A stretch of 64,000 bases of DNA from Marsupella aquatica. Taxonomy: Eukaryota > Plantae > Marchantiophyta. Numbering within the stretch: position 1 is the first letter of the stretch; each line of letters starts with the position of its first letter. Both the position numbers and the translations under genes were made by a program. The notes under the pieces are model-generated. The model was given only the letters and a program-made list of their open reading frames with translations, ran no database searches and was not told the origin of the DNA. Positions 10,698 to 23,108 of this stretch are shown piece by piece. The stretch is taken from assembly GCA_973895155.1 (NCBI GenBank), contig OZ316891.1:7371808-7435807 (forward strand), written 5' to 3'.

Positions 10698-12928
10698 CTA
10701 ATGCCTGGCACGCTTGCCAGAGCCGCCCGAATGGGAACGGCCATCCTGCTGCCTTCGAAGCCTGTCATTGTCCGCTTTGAGGAGCTGGACCTGGTCCAGC
10801 AGAGATTCGTTCTCTCGCCTCGCCGCGTCCGTCTCCTCTGCTGCCTCCTGACATGCCTCCTCCAGCTGCTGGGCGTCGCTCGTCAGTTTACTCGCCAGCT
10901 GGTCCTGCTTCTCGGCCTCGGTTTGGAGCCGCGCCATCTCGACCTGCAGCGTGGCTATCTCCGTCGCGTCCCGCTGGGCTCGCTCCTCGGCCTCCTCCAG
11001 GTCTTTCTGCCAGGTGACAGCTTGTTTCTTCAAACTGTCAATCTGGTTCCGGAGTCGTGTAATCTCGGCCTCGTTCCCAGCTTTGGCCTGTTCGGCTAGG
11101 GCGGTAAGAGCGTACGCCTTTGCTAACAACTCATCGGCGGCTGCAACCTTGGGTCGTAGTTGCAGAAGCTCAGCCTCTTGAGCCGCCACTTCGTTCTTTA
11201 GGTACACGGACTCCACCCGGTACCGCTCTATCCTCTGAAGGGCCTCCGACTGGGCCCAACCTGCCTTTACGGTGGCAACCAACTCCTGATTGAAGAAACA
11301 GGCTACCTTCCGGGCCATGAACTCCCCGGTATCCCGGGCAATTTGATGAGAGAAATCTCCCAGAAGCCCGTTCAGAAACGTACCCTGTACGAAGAGTTTC
11401 GGGTGGTCCAAGTTATGCCTGTCCGGATTTGGGCACGGGCAGACATCAACACGCGCAGGGGCCGGGGCAGTGACGTCCAGCCCTGGGGACATAACATTGG
11501 AAGGGGCTGGAGTGTCCTCCTACAGCGATGTCCGGTTCTCCGGAATTGCCACCGGCGGGTCCTTGGGAGACCCAGGTTCGGGTAAGACCTCTGCCGTACC
11601 AACTTCTGTACTTAGCCCGGCTAGTTGGGTCGCATCAATGGTTGCGACGACCGACCCCTCCGGCGCCTCCTCGGTTACGATTACAGCTATTTGTGGAGGT
11701 GGGGTGGGTGAAGCTGGCGTGTCCACTGGACTTCGGGCCTCAGGTTGGGGCCGTCTCTCCAATGCCGGAAAAACCCACCTAGCTGGGACCAGCTTTGTAA
11801 CGTTGATGCGGGGAAGGGTTCGTCGATCAAACCGGGCGTACCACTCAAGAATGATTTTGATGTGGCTAGCGAAATACGCTTTCCCGCCAATGTATAGCGT
11901 CTTCCTTCGCCGCTCCATCTCTTCATGGAATTTCTTAGCGAAGTACGACGCCCATTTCCTAGGTCGATAGTTCTCGACCTGGATGACCTGGGCGGCGGAG
12001 ATCTCCCCCCGGGGTTCCATCATGTGGAGAGCGTACCTCTGGAACTCCAGCCGCTCAGCTATCTCAGGCATGAGGCAGGTCCTCATCACGAACCCGTTGT
12101 CCACTGATCCCTCTGAGGGAAAACTTGAAGATTGGTACTTGGCCCCCTTGCCCCCGGGAGCCGTGATTCGACTCGATGGTCACCTTCGGGTAACCCAAAG
12201 ATCATCTTGAGCCGTTCTTCTGTGAGGGACATATTCCTTCCCCGCAGCCGAGTCTGTTGACGTACGTCGTCATAATTCTTGACGAATTCTGTCATGTCCT
12301 CCCCATAGTACCTGCAAGTGTTCCAGGGGAGAGAGGCAAGGTGCTCAAATCCCTGAGTCTTCAGGTACACCGCATGCTTGGGATGGAGGATGTTGTTGTG
12401 AACGTTTTCCCCCATGCGATGCATCGTTACCTTGGCTACGGCTACCGTGGCCAACGGTAACCCGGATGCACTGGCGGATTCCTTCCTCTTCTTTCCCCGT
12501 GACTGACTCGGGGAAGGTGATACTTCCCCATCCTCCCGATCGGACCTGGGGAGTGCCACTACGGTTGGTAACGGGCCCGGGGCGGCCACGGTCACCATGT
12601 TGTCTGCTGGGGCCGCTCCTGGGGTCAGAGCAGGGGGTGGGGACGATATAGTGTCGGCCCCCCGAGCGCTTGTTCCTCTGGGCCGCCTGGTCAAGGGTGG
12701 GGTAGCCTCGTCGTCATCGCTAAGATCCACAGCGTTGATGACGGAGCGTACCTGTGCTGGCTGGGTGATAGGTGGTGGGGTTTGGCTAGGCCGCGGCTGA
12801 GGCTGAAGCTGAAGCTGAGGTTGCATGGGCACGGGTACGGGTACGGGTACGGGTCCGGCTGAGTTGGTCATGTTGGTTGATGGCCGAGTTCCCATGAAGC
12901 TCTGTAGGTGCTGGTAGAAGTTCTCCAA
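10698..12928 (-). pseudogene. Retrotransposon accessory ORF (~740 aa): Pro/Gln-rich N-terminus, plant-transposon-protein/PMD-like domain, C-terminal coiled coil and basic tail
   Basis: Three ORF pieces join through one frameshift (~12150) and one TAG (11520-11522). Core EFVKNYDDVRQQTRLRGRNMSLTEERLKMIFGLPEG..KWASYFAKKF..YFASHIKII resembles Gypsy accessory domains; long heptad coiled coil ending GKRARH. Confidence 0.65.
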
Positions 12929-15749
12929 AGCGAGTGCGGACGCCCTTGTCGAACGGTTGGTACTGGACTCGCCGTTAATGACAGCCCGAACCTGGAGTCC
13001 CCCTTATTGCCTAATGATGTCCTACCCCTAATGATTACCTAAATACTGTCGTTATGCTAATAATAGCGGCCTAAGACCCACCTAATGCGCGTGCCGAGCG
13101 CAGTTAGACTGAATCACTCATTAACCGCCATACCGGCGGCGTCACAACAGCCTTCGGCCCTAGTGTTCGGATCAAGTGTTCTCAGTGAACTATTGTGCAC
13201 ATCTTTGAATCTAATTGAGTTTTCCTCTCAGGCCTCATTTCTCTCATGGATGTGTGTGTGTGTGAGGCAATCTGAGTGTATGATGGAACTAGCAGCGCCA
13301 CTGAGAGGTGTACCGGGTGCATTGAAGCGGGCTGGGTGAGGACTGTCATAGCTCTGATTGTTGAGAGTGGAATGGCAGAGTGGTGGGGCAATGGCTTAGA
13401 AGTCCCTAAGCCGGGAATCAGTCAGGAGTCACTGGTTTATGGGTACATTCCGGCGGCGGAATAGAAACATACCTATGACAGTAAGCATATGTATAGACCT
13501 ATGCGCACCGTAGCGCTAGGCCCTGTGTGTATGGGCCCGATATGAAGACCCCTTCTCACCAGAACTATCATGAGCGCAGATCTGATCCCCAACCTCGGTT
13601 CCTTGGGATTGAGCTTGGGTGATGTGTGATAGAGTCTTGCTATGATAGTCTGGTGTTAAGGGCATAAACTGGTGTTTACCGGCATTCACAACATCCCTTC
13701 GTGATCCTCAGGTACAAGGAGATGGTTTTGGCACCCATAGTGACGTTTTTGGTGTTAAGACCCATGTCAATCGCGTGACAGGGAACTCAGGCTCATTGTT
13801 ACGGAGCCAGTTGAGAGATAGAGAGAGCTTGCACTGTGGATGCTTGGTATGGCCGGTCGGCCTAGAGTGCAGTAAAGCTCTTGTGTGTGTTCCCGTGAAC
13901 GTAGCCTCATGTGGAGGTGAACCACGTATCTCTCTGTGTCAACTCTTGTGCGTTGGATGGTTCATGGGCTTGCCGTTGCGATTATCGTCTATGCTCAACA
14001 ATGCGATGGTTCATAATGCTCTAGTAATATGACACTAATACACTCAAAAGTCTAAGAGATCTTTTATTTAAAAGCAGAGCAGAAGTTTCATTGTGAAGGC
14101 ATCCATATTTTTAGTGTGGGTTCTTCTCCACAAATGCACTGAAAACTATAAAGAGGAAATTATAAGGGGCGCTTAGGGGGCAGCCTGTGGCAAAATGTAA
14201 CCTTGTGTGAAGGAGAAGGTGCTAGGAATATTTCTAAGCTATTTTTCTATTTTATTTTAAGATGGCCAGATCGATCTCCCTGGAATCAAGGATGACTATC
14301 AGAGGGCATTGTGGGATATAATGCCCCCAAAATGAGGGCATTGGTGCAAGTTTGCAAAGACATTATGGCCCACTATGCCTTGACCAGAATGTTAACTCAA
14401 AATTAAACTTGAGTGAGCTATGGAAGAACCAAAAATCAAATAATTTCTTGGAACTAAGGCTCGAGGGGGTCACTTCCACGGAAGTGGCACATCACGTGCG
14501 ATGAAGTATAGGCCCATTTAAATGGGTGTGGCGGAAGACTTCCAAAGTTTGGTGGAAGAACACATAGAGCATGTTTTATTGACTGGTTGATTTTAAAGAA
14601 CACATAGGCCTATTTAATTGCAAAAAATACTTTCTTTAAAGTTTTTAGGGGTTTTTTAATAAAAAATGACAAAATTTAAAGAAAGAAATGGCTTTGCAAA
14701 AAAATATTTTTCACTTATAAGTTAGGGTGGTCAAACCCTAAAATGTCGCACGCGATGTATGGCTCTCCATATAGTGACCTCCCCCCGAGAACTAAGGTTA
14801 TGCAATATTGTGTAGACAGGAGTGTAGAGGAAGAAGAACTTAAAATGCCAGGATTTTAGGCCATTTTTGGTTTTATATGGTAAAGTTTTGTACTTTGAGT
14901 TACATGTCCCGAGATTGATGGGTCATTGCACAAATTCCTCCTCAAACCAAGGTGTATATTGTAAACCATAAATGCTCTAAAACATACTTGGTTATGTTCT
15001 TTGGAACCTTGAGCACGCCCCCCTTCCCCCCCAAGCCCTATGTGTGGAGACTGGTTTAACCTAGGACCCCTCACATTGAGGGGGTATGATAGAGTTCTTT
15101 TGATGCATTGATTTTCTGCCAATAAATTACAATTAGAATAGAGAATCTGGTAGTTGGACATTATTGCTCTCCCATTAGGTGTTTTCTAATGGGAATCTGT
15201 GAAACCCATGGAAAGGGAGCCAACAAGTCTTGCATTGAGGTGTTCTTGTAATGGGCTTGGCGGCATCACTATATGGATGGTCATACATGACGCACACAAG
15301 TTTGGATAAATCATGACCCCCCTAGGTCACTTTTTATAAAATTGTACGACACCCATCACATGATCACACATATATTTTGCAATTAAACAACCTTATATTT
15401 TGATTGCCAACTTATTGCCAGCAAGCAATCATGGAATTGTCGCGACTCTAGTATCTAGCATATAGACGGGCTAAGAAGAGCTCCTATTGGAGACTCATGT
15501 TCATTGTTGAGGGAGCTATCTAGGTGCTATCTTGGTGAGATGTACAAGGAGTCTCTGTGTGGCCATGGTGGCCAAAGTTTACTAAAGGCTCTTGCATTCC
15601 GTGGACGGAGACAAGATGAACCATGTATCTCATGTGTCGGTGTGCTTGCCTGTTGTTTATCTCTTGGTTGTGTGTTGTTGGTTTTCCCAACATTCTTACC
15701 CCTATGTGTACAGACTAGTTTGAGTCTAGAGATCCTTCAACTCAAGGGT

Positions 15750-16345
15750 TCCCAAAACTAGCCCAAATTACTAATGTGCCGCCCAAACAAAATTAATGAT
15801 CAACCTGTCCCCCATTTTGTATTCAGGTCAGTAGTAACCCGTATATGGGGTCCCGATGCCATGTGGCAAGCCACTGATAGCTTGCCCTAACCCGCAGCCA
15901 CCCCCCTCCGCCGCCCCCCTCCCAGTTGCAGGGCACAATCTCCATCCAAGAGGGGCAAAAATGAGGGTTTGCTTGATCAGACCCCAAAATGAAATCTGTT
16001 GCTTGATAGGACCCCTAAGTGATCCAGACAGTTCATTGACCTTGAATCAATGTACCCAAAACTTCAGGGGTCTGATCAAGTAACGCAATTCATTTTGGGG
16101 TCTCATCAAGCAAATATTTTGGCAAAAACACATCTTCTTTCACTCCACACTCCCCTCACAAAAACCCAACACTTTTGGCTCCCATCTGTACTCAGGAAAA
16201 TGAAGCCGGGAAAGGGGGACATGGCAAGTTAAGGCTAGCCAGGAGCGACTTGCCACATGGCACCAGGAACCTGTATACAAGTTACTACTCACCCAAATGG
16301 AGAATGGGGACGGGGTTGAGAATTGATTTATTTGTTTGGCGCTGT
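15750..16345. mobile_element. Foldback MITE with long TIRs (Mutator-like)
   Basis: Outer arms ~15770-15890 and ~16225-16342 (GTAGTAACCCGTATA..TGCCATGTGGCAAG vs CTTGCCACATGGCA..TATACAAGTTACTAC); inner arms 15968-16012 and 16074-16113. Same TIR family at 34731 and 36906. No TSD identified. Confidence 0.7.
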
Positions 16346-17439
16346 CTTCATTCAGTGAAAGCCAGTGATATGTATGAACAAGGGGCTCGCCGCCCCGAGG
16401 CGCTGTTCGAGATTGGCCTGCTGCACGTATTTCCCTATGGAAGTAAGAGAGTTGTTCCATGTATAAAACTCTCGCGGCAAGTTAATGCGAATACTATGAA
16501 GGAGGGAGCAAGCTGAAGTGAGGCTAAATGTTGTGGTCGAAAACCAGATGCTTCTCGATTGTAATTTGGTTCGGACTGCCATGGGTGACGAAGGCATTTT
16601 GCCGGGCTCGGATTTGAATGGCAACCGAATACCCAAATGTAACATGGGGAGGAACTGTGGGCTAGCAAACGCGACGCCCAAACATGGCCCAGAAACATTG
16701 CCAGCCGCTATGGGTACGGGCAGACTAGCGACAATTGTGGCTGTAGGGACGGCAGTTCTCCCCTCCTTGCACCATGTCTACAAAAGAACGGCGGCCGGAG
16801 CATCCTGGAAATAAGCTTATAGTTCTATTGGACATGTAGAGGATCTGTTCACTAGTTTCTCATGCGGAACCATATAGATTTATTAATGACCATTAATGCT
16901 TTTGCCATAGTTTGTTTTAGTATTACGCCGAAACAGAGCACTTTAGTATTACCGGATAACTGGGGGACAGATTAATGATAAAAAACTGTACAAATAAAAA
17001 TTGGAAATAAGCAGGATTCTCTCATTGCGTGTTCTTGTAACTAGGTGTTCTTGTAACGGGCACGTGCTTCAGTGCTCTGTTGCCCATTTTGTTGCGCCGG
17101 TTCTTCCGCGTGCTCGAGGTTTCCGAGGGAGCACTTACTTCTTCTTGCCTGCCTGCCTGCCTGCTCGCGTGATTGCTTGCTGGACTGGATCGGAGTTGTC
17201 GTTGCAGAAGCCCTGGCTGGAAATGTGGAGATGCGCGCTCCAATTTTGATGTCGGATTCTTCGAGAATTGTCAAAAAAATCTTTGAATATTGTGGAATGA
17301 CTGTGTAGAGCTTGTTGCTTTTGAAGCGGAGAAGGAGGCGGGATTTCGCGAGTTGAGGAGGTTGGTGGGAAGCGAGGGACGCCTCTCGTGCTTGGTGTGG
17401 AAGTATAGGACGAGAACATTCGATTTGGCTGCGGGCAGA

Positions 17440-17472
17440 AAGAGGGAGGTAGAGAGAGAGAGAGGGAGAGAA
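17440..17472 (+). promoter_or_regulatory. GA-rich tract in the putative 5' UTR/promoter of the LAZ1-like gene
   Basis: AGAGGGAGGTAGAGAGAGAGAGAGGGAGAGAA about 600 bp upstream of the ATG; GA tracts are common in plant 5' regions. Confidence 0.3.
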
Positions 17473-18064
17473 GGCGACACGGAAAATGCTAGTCGAGGCT
17501 GCTCCGGCGCAGTGTGTTTCAATTTGTGGGAGATTGGTTGTTAGCGCACCGCCGCTGACGGGGAAGGAAGCCTGGAGCGAGGACATCATTCTGGGGCTTG
17601 GGACTTGAGATCGTTCGTTCTGTCGTTGAGAATGAACAGGAAAGATAAGTGTTCGAGATGAATTGGCAAGATGGTGCAGATATTCACAGATCGGATGACA
17701 GGATGGCTTCAATCTTGATAGCATTAAGGACCAGAGTGATGGACCAGAATTCGAAATTGGTAGACTGATACACGGCGGTTTTTTTCAATCATGTTAGGTC
17801 TCTTCTCAGATTGCTTGGGGCTTCAAAAAATTTGGACGGGCATATCGAGGAGCACCGTTGAATTGTCCTACTGAGTTCCGGGGGGCATGTTCCTTGGCTA
17901 CCAGGACAATTATCAGCAGTTTAAGGTCGTGAACGCTGTCAGGTGTTAATGTGACCAACAGAGCTAATTGATTGCAATTGCGATGGGCATGGGAGTTTAG
18001 GGTTTCGCGATGTTAAGGTGACCGGGCATAACCAGGTCCTATAGTTTTAGACGTCCAAGACACC

Positions 18065-21000
18065 ATGGTGAAGATCGTCGTGGCCGTGGTGGCCGGGCTG
18101 TGTGCCCTTGGTGCTGTACTGATTTCAACGATTCACATATTGAACCACCTGAGAAATTACACGGAGCCGACCTACCAGCGTTACACAGTTCGAATCATTT
18201 TTATGGTCCCAGTAAGTATTTCTCTTTGCGAATGATGCAATTCAGTAATGTTTCATAATATTGATACTTCGAGGAGGTTTAGATGCACCCTAGCCTTCTC
18301 ACCTGAAGGTCGACGTAGATCTCTGAAAGTGACGGAATTGGCTAGCATTTTGAATCGCGATGGGCCGACGACTATGTTCTATTCGGATTGTCAGAAGTCC
18401 CCAGGGTCGAGTCTCCAATTTGCCTACCGCTACTGCAGTGAAAGTGGACAAAGCGGTAGTTCTCGTCGTCACAAGTCAAAACGTAGAAAGGAAAGTGTGT
18501 CCCTGTGTACGACAGTATTGAAGGCGGGTTGTTTGCGATTCTCAAGTTCATTCTTCTGCTCAAGGATTGCATACCAGTGAACTCAGTGTTATGTACAGAG
18601 CCAACTTGGCGGATTCTACCTTCTTTGCGCTTCACTTCTATCAGACAATGTGTATAGCATTAGATCGGTGCCACTTCTCTAATAATTCACAGTGAAGCTA
18701 AGTTTTGCAGTTAGTGCTTGACCTTGTCGATCTCCGGATCACGAGCTTTCCTAATAAACAGTGAGCTAGTAGATGTTTTTAGTGAAGATCCTTGCGTTTT
18801 GGTTGCGGTTTCGACATTTCGGGCTAGCAGTCAATTACAGGGCCTCTCCTTGAGCTGCATTATTAATCACAGATGGTCCGAAAAATGGCTGTGTAAGATA
18901 GTTTCAGACCATAAGCAGTGAGCGTAATTGCCACCAGGGAATTGAATTCTTTCTCATGAATCACTGCTGTTGTCCCTGCAGATATATGCAGCAATGTCCT
19001 TCTTATCTTTGGTTATCCCTGAAAAATCTATATATTTCGACTCATTTCGAGACATGTATGCTTCTGACCAATCTAATTTGAAGCTCGTGATTTTTGATTG
19101 AGAATATGTAAAAATCACCCGTTATGTCAACTCATTATCACCGTGCCCCTTACACTAGAGAAAACCTCAGAATTTACTTAAGAGTAGTGCTTGCGAACTA
19201 AGCTAGAAATTTGCAGGGACATTCAATGTTCATGCCCCAGGTTAGTAGGATTGCAAGGCAGAGTATGAAATTGATATAGTACTAACGGTCAATTTCTGTT
19301 TAATTTAATTTGATGTTTTCATTAAAACGATTCAGATACGAAGCTTGGGTCATCTACAACTTTATGTCTCTCTGCCTAGCATGGGTTGGAGGGCCGGGAG
19401 CAGTTGTAACAAGTTTATCTGGCCGTTTTTTGAAGCCCTCCTGGCACCTGATGACATGCTGTTGTCCAGCAATTCCTCTGGATGGGTGAGTGGTCATTTC
19501 TGACTGGAAATTTCACTTGACATTCAACAGCCAAGTTACAGTCTTTGTTTCATATAGTGAAAGTAATAACCGGTCAAAGAACTGTCTTTAGAGGTAAATC
19601 TCTGCCTTTGCTTGGGGAAAGGCTCAAAATTTACAGTAGTACATTCCTTCTCGGTGTCGCCCCCCCACGGTGCATAGTAGAATAGCATAATTGGGGATTG
19701 ACTGGATTAGACATACAGCTATAAAGGTCAGGCTTTAAACTCCATGGAAGGTGATGGTTGCAGCTGCTACAGAGAAGTTGTCATCTCCAAAAAGCAGTCA
19801 GATTTTACACCTTACAAGGCAGGAACTTTTGAAACATCGGCATGATCAGCAATAGCTAGTACACGCTCAGGAATTGCTGCTTTTAGATTGAAGCTCACCA
19901 GTACCTTAAAGATGGATGGCAAAGGCAAGCCTCCTTTGAACCAGAAAGGAGATTTTTCATAGCGCTATGTCAACGTGAAGAGAATGAAATTAATCATTTA
20001 AAACTCTGCGGCGAAGGTGCTAACCCTTAATAATGCTCAAAAAGAAATTACAAGTAGAAATGGTGCTTTCCTTCCTTGTGAAGAGTCTTTCTCATTCAGA
20101 TAATTTGGATCAAAATGGCACCTACCTATTATTGCTAGGGATACTGCAAATGCTGAATAGATTATGAAACAAGAGGTACCACTGGGGTAATGTTCGTCAA
20201 TGTTTGAACAAGAAGGTTACTTCCGAGCCCATGTAGGATGTCGGCATTTCCATCGTTCTACAAAGTCCGTTGGAGGACCTGTTCCCATGATTCTCATTGT
20301 ATTCCTAGCGTTATAGATTTTACTAAGGGAATGGGTATAACGCATTTCTTTCTTCTTGTATGATCAACACTTTTGAAAGTTTGAAGGTTTTTGTTGTCTA
20401 TTTTTGGATGTGTACGGACATTTTTTTCTCGAAAGCGTTTTCGGTTTATTTGTGGTCCAGTCCTGGACCTCTTGTCGTTGTACGCTATGAGCTCCAATAT
20501 TTTCTAATCGGGCATATGCTGGTTGATGGACAGGCGATTCATTCGGCGGTGCAAACAAGGATGCTTGCAATTTGTGATATTGAAGCCTTTGATGGCGGCA
20601 GCAACGTTATGGATGTATTTCAAAGAAAAATACAGCAATGGCACTTTTCAGGCAGCTTCGGGGTCTAAATATGTGACAATTATATACACATTGTCGTATA
20701 CGTGTGCCCTCGCTGCACTTCTTCTCTTCTATTTTGCCTGCAAAGAACTTCTGCGCCCTTTCAAGCCTTTGCCCAAGTTCATCATCATCAAGTCTGTTGT
20801 CTTCTTAACCTACTGGCAGGTAAATTAACGTGAGTTTGGGGTTTCGTAGCATATGTTTGTGGGGGAACGTGTTGGATATCTGTGCCCAATCTTAACAGTG
20901 TGTGACGTGGTTCGTCCTATGTAGTCTTGTGAATTGTGTGCCCTTTTGTACATCACCCCTACCTGAGTCCAAGGAATTGCTCATTCAAATGGAGTGGCCA

Positions 21001-22913
21001 ATAATAGAACGTTCCCCTAGATGTCATTAATTTCAGGAATTAGTTGATTAAGTGCTTGGGCAAACCTTTTTCATGTTTTTTGGTCTACTTCGGTGTAATG
21101 CCCATGCCCAGATGTGTGCGGCTTCTATCGAATCCAAAGGTTGAAGGTCCTGTATTTTCAACTTCAGAGTCCCGACGGTGACTAGCAGACTGAACTGTGG
21201 GATTTTGGTTAAACCAGCTGTATGGATTCCGTTATTAATACTGAACAAGAAATTCTTTCTTCTTCTCCTGTCTGAATTTGGCATGAGGTTGCATGAGGTT
21301 GCCTCATGTTGAAATGGGATCTACCCTGTACCAGACGCGTAGAAGCTTCAAACTGCACTAACGTGGCAAGTTACCTGTCATGCATCTGGTTGAATCCAAA
21401 TCGGAATTGGTGTGAGCATCTTAGTATTGACCCTGCTAGAATGTATTAATGAACACCGTGTTGTTAGGCCATTTAGAAGTGACTCACCCTGTCAACAAGG
21501 TGGACACGAAAATTTAAGAGGGAGAGATGGAAAGGTACTTCCGCGAAAGCAAGTCTTTTTCAGAAATGTCCCTTGGCATTAACATCCTAGTCATGGATAC
21601 GGCCAATTGCCATACCTGACTCTAACGAAGAGATCTCAGCGGTGTTTGCTTCGTCGCTTCTATTATCGGAAGTTGAGGATGAGAAATCTTGGATTCTCTT
21701 GGGGTTTGTCAATTACACAGCCGACTCGTTTCTTTTTCGTTCCCGGGAATAATTTGGGCTTTGGTTGGTCCTGTGAAGGGAGTCTTTGTTGGTGTGATGG
21801 TATCGGTCGATTGGATTGCGACTGAAGCGGATGGGGCAGAATTTCAGAACTTCCTTATTTGTGTGGAAATGCTAGCGGCAGCAGTTGGGCATTTATATGC
21901 TTTCCCTTATAAGGAATATGCGGAGGCTAATGTCAATTCATCGTCCAGTGGGTTAGCCACGAGTATCACTCATGTCATCAATTTCAATGACGTACTCTAC
22001 GACACGATGCATCAGGTATGAGTTTCGACGCCTTGAATATTTCACAACTCCTAATTTTCTTGTCTCCATGTATATTGTTAGGCAACTATGGGTACGGTGT
22101 GCAAGAGCTTGTGGCTTGTGTCTTGTGGACCTATTCGTAGACCTGTTTCTCCAAAATTCCTTTGGTTTTATCCAGTATCAACTGTGGATCAGTTTGTACA
22201 TTGTTATTGTAATTCGCTTTTTGGTAATTATTTTGGTAGGAATCATCGGGCTCGTGCGACTGACACGTTCCTTAATTTTATGGTCGTATTAATGATGATA
22301 TTTGCTGATTTGGCAGTTTGCCCCAACCTATCACAATTACGTACTTTATAGTGATGGATCTCAGGAGGCACCCACACAGTATAGGGCTCGCACTTTCGTC
22401 AAAACTGGGGAAGAAATGGAAACTTTTCGAAATAATAAGAATGCAGGACAGGCGAGCACAAAGTTAGACGAAACGCCATACTCCTCTGGCATCTCATCAT
22501 CTGAAGGAAGTCCACCGGTAGGGAACACATCAAAAAGTGATAAAACGTCAAGTGATTTGATGGAGACGTCCTTGCTGTTCAACACTAGCGTGTTGGCAAG
22601 AGGCTATGACTTTTCTCCTCTTGATGTACGCCCAGCAGAACCACCGAAGTCTGGCCGACCTCCTTTGCCTACAGCATCGCCAATTATTATTGAATTTAAT
22701 CCCCGACAGAGCTCAACTATTGAAGACCATGAACAGAAGCGAAACGTGAGCACAAGTGGGCTTGACAGTAGGCGGCGAAGTAGTTCTGGCGAGGAGGCTT
22801 TTGAGGAGACCAGGTTAACAGATAGACGAAGATCTTCTAATGGAGTTTTGATGGATGAAATTGATTTTACTGGGGAGGAAGATGCTTACCATGAAGGATT
22901 TGTGCAGTCATGA
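18065..22913 (+). CDS. LAZ1: LAZ1/TMEM184-family (Ost-alpha, DUF300) membrane protein, 6 coding exons, 496 aa
   Basis: Exons 18065-18211, 18982-19055, 19336-19485, 20534-20819, 21779-22015, 22317-22913; all GT-AG and in frame (1491 nt). Motifs HLRNYTEPTYQRYTVRIIFMVP, YEAWVIYNFMSLCLAWVGGPGAVV, RFIRRCKQGCLQFVILKP, PKFIIIKSVVFLTYWQ, QNFLICVEML, AFPYKEY, DTMHQFAPTY. Symbol indicates family; exact orthologue uncertain. Confidence 0.95.
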
Positions 22914-23108
22914 ACAGTTGTCCCCTAATTTTTTTCATAGATGCTTGGCTTGTGACAAACCAGATGACGTCATGCGCTGGGCAAGTTACACAATTTGTTG
23001 TTTGCTTTTTTTATATTAGTTTAGGTACAATACGTGCTCAAGCCATGGATAAATGGCTTTGGGTAATTTGATGCCTGGAAGTCGTGGAACTTGTTGTATG
23101 AGTGTGAA

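Larger units (their letters stand above)
8019..13780. mobile_element. 5.76-kb TGT..ACA integrase-type insertion (nest of LTR-like units, no gag/pol)
   Basis: Perfect 5-bp TSD GGGAA (8014-8018 and 13781-13785). Termini form a 25-bp imperfect inverted repeat, 20/25 identical. Internal att-like heptamers TGTGACG (8315), CGTCACA (9777-9783), TGTCACG (9800). Confidence 0.8.
7826..14000 (+). mobile_element. TRIM-like miniature LTR retroelement: end of 5' LTR, 53-bp internal region, and a 347-bp 3' LTR (7887-8018 plus 13786-14000) split by a nested insertion
   Basis: GCTCAACA (7826-7833), PBS-like TGGTAGCAG (7841-7849), PPT AAGGGGGAGAT (7876-7886), then TGTT. Rejoined halves are 132+215=347 bp and align end to end with the solo LTR at 39678-40024. 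Confidence 0.75.

Noticed and set aside
17001-17724. Overlapping ORFs up to 227 aa upstream of the LAZ1-like gene
   Set aside because: Low-complexity promoter/5' UTR sequence with microsatellites and no domain.
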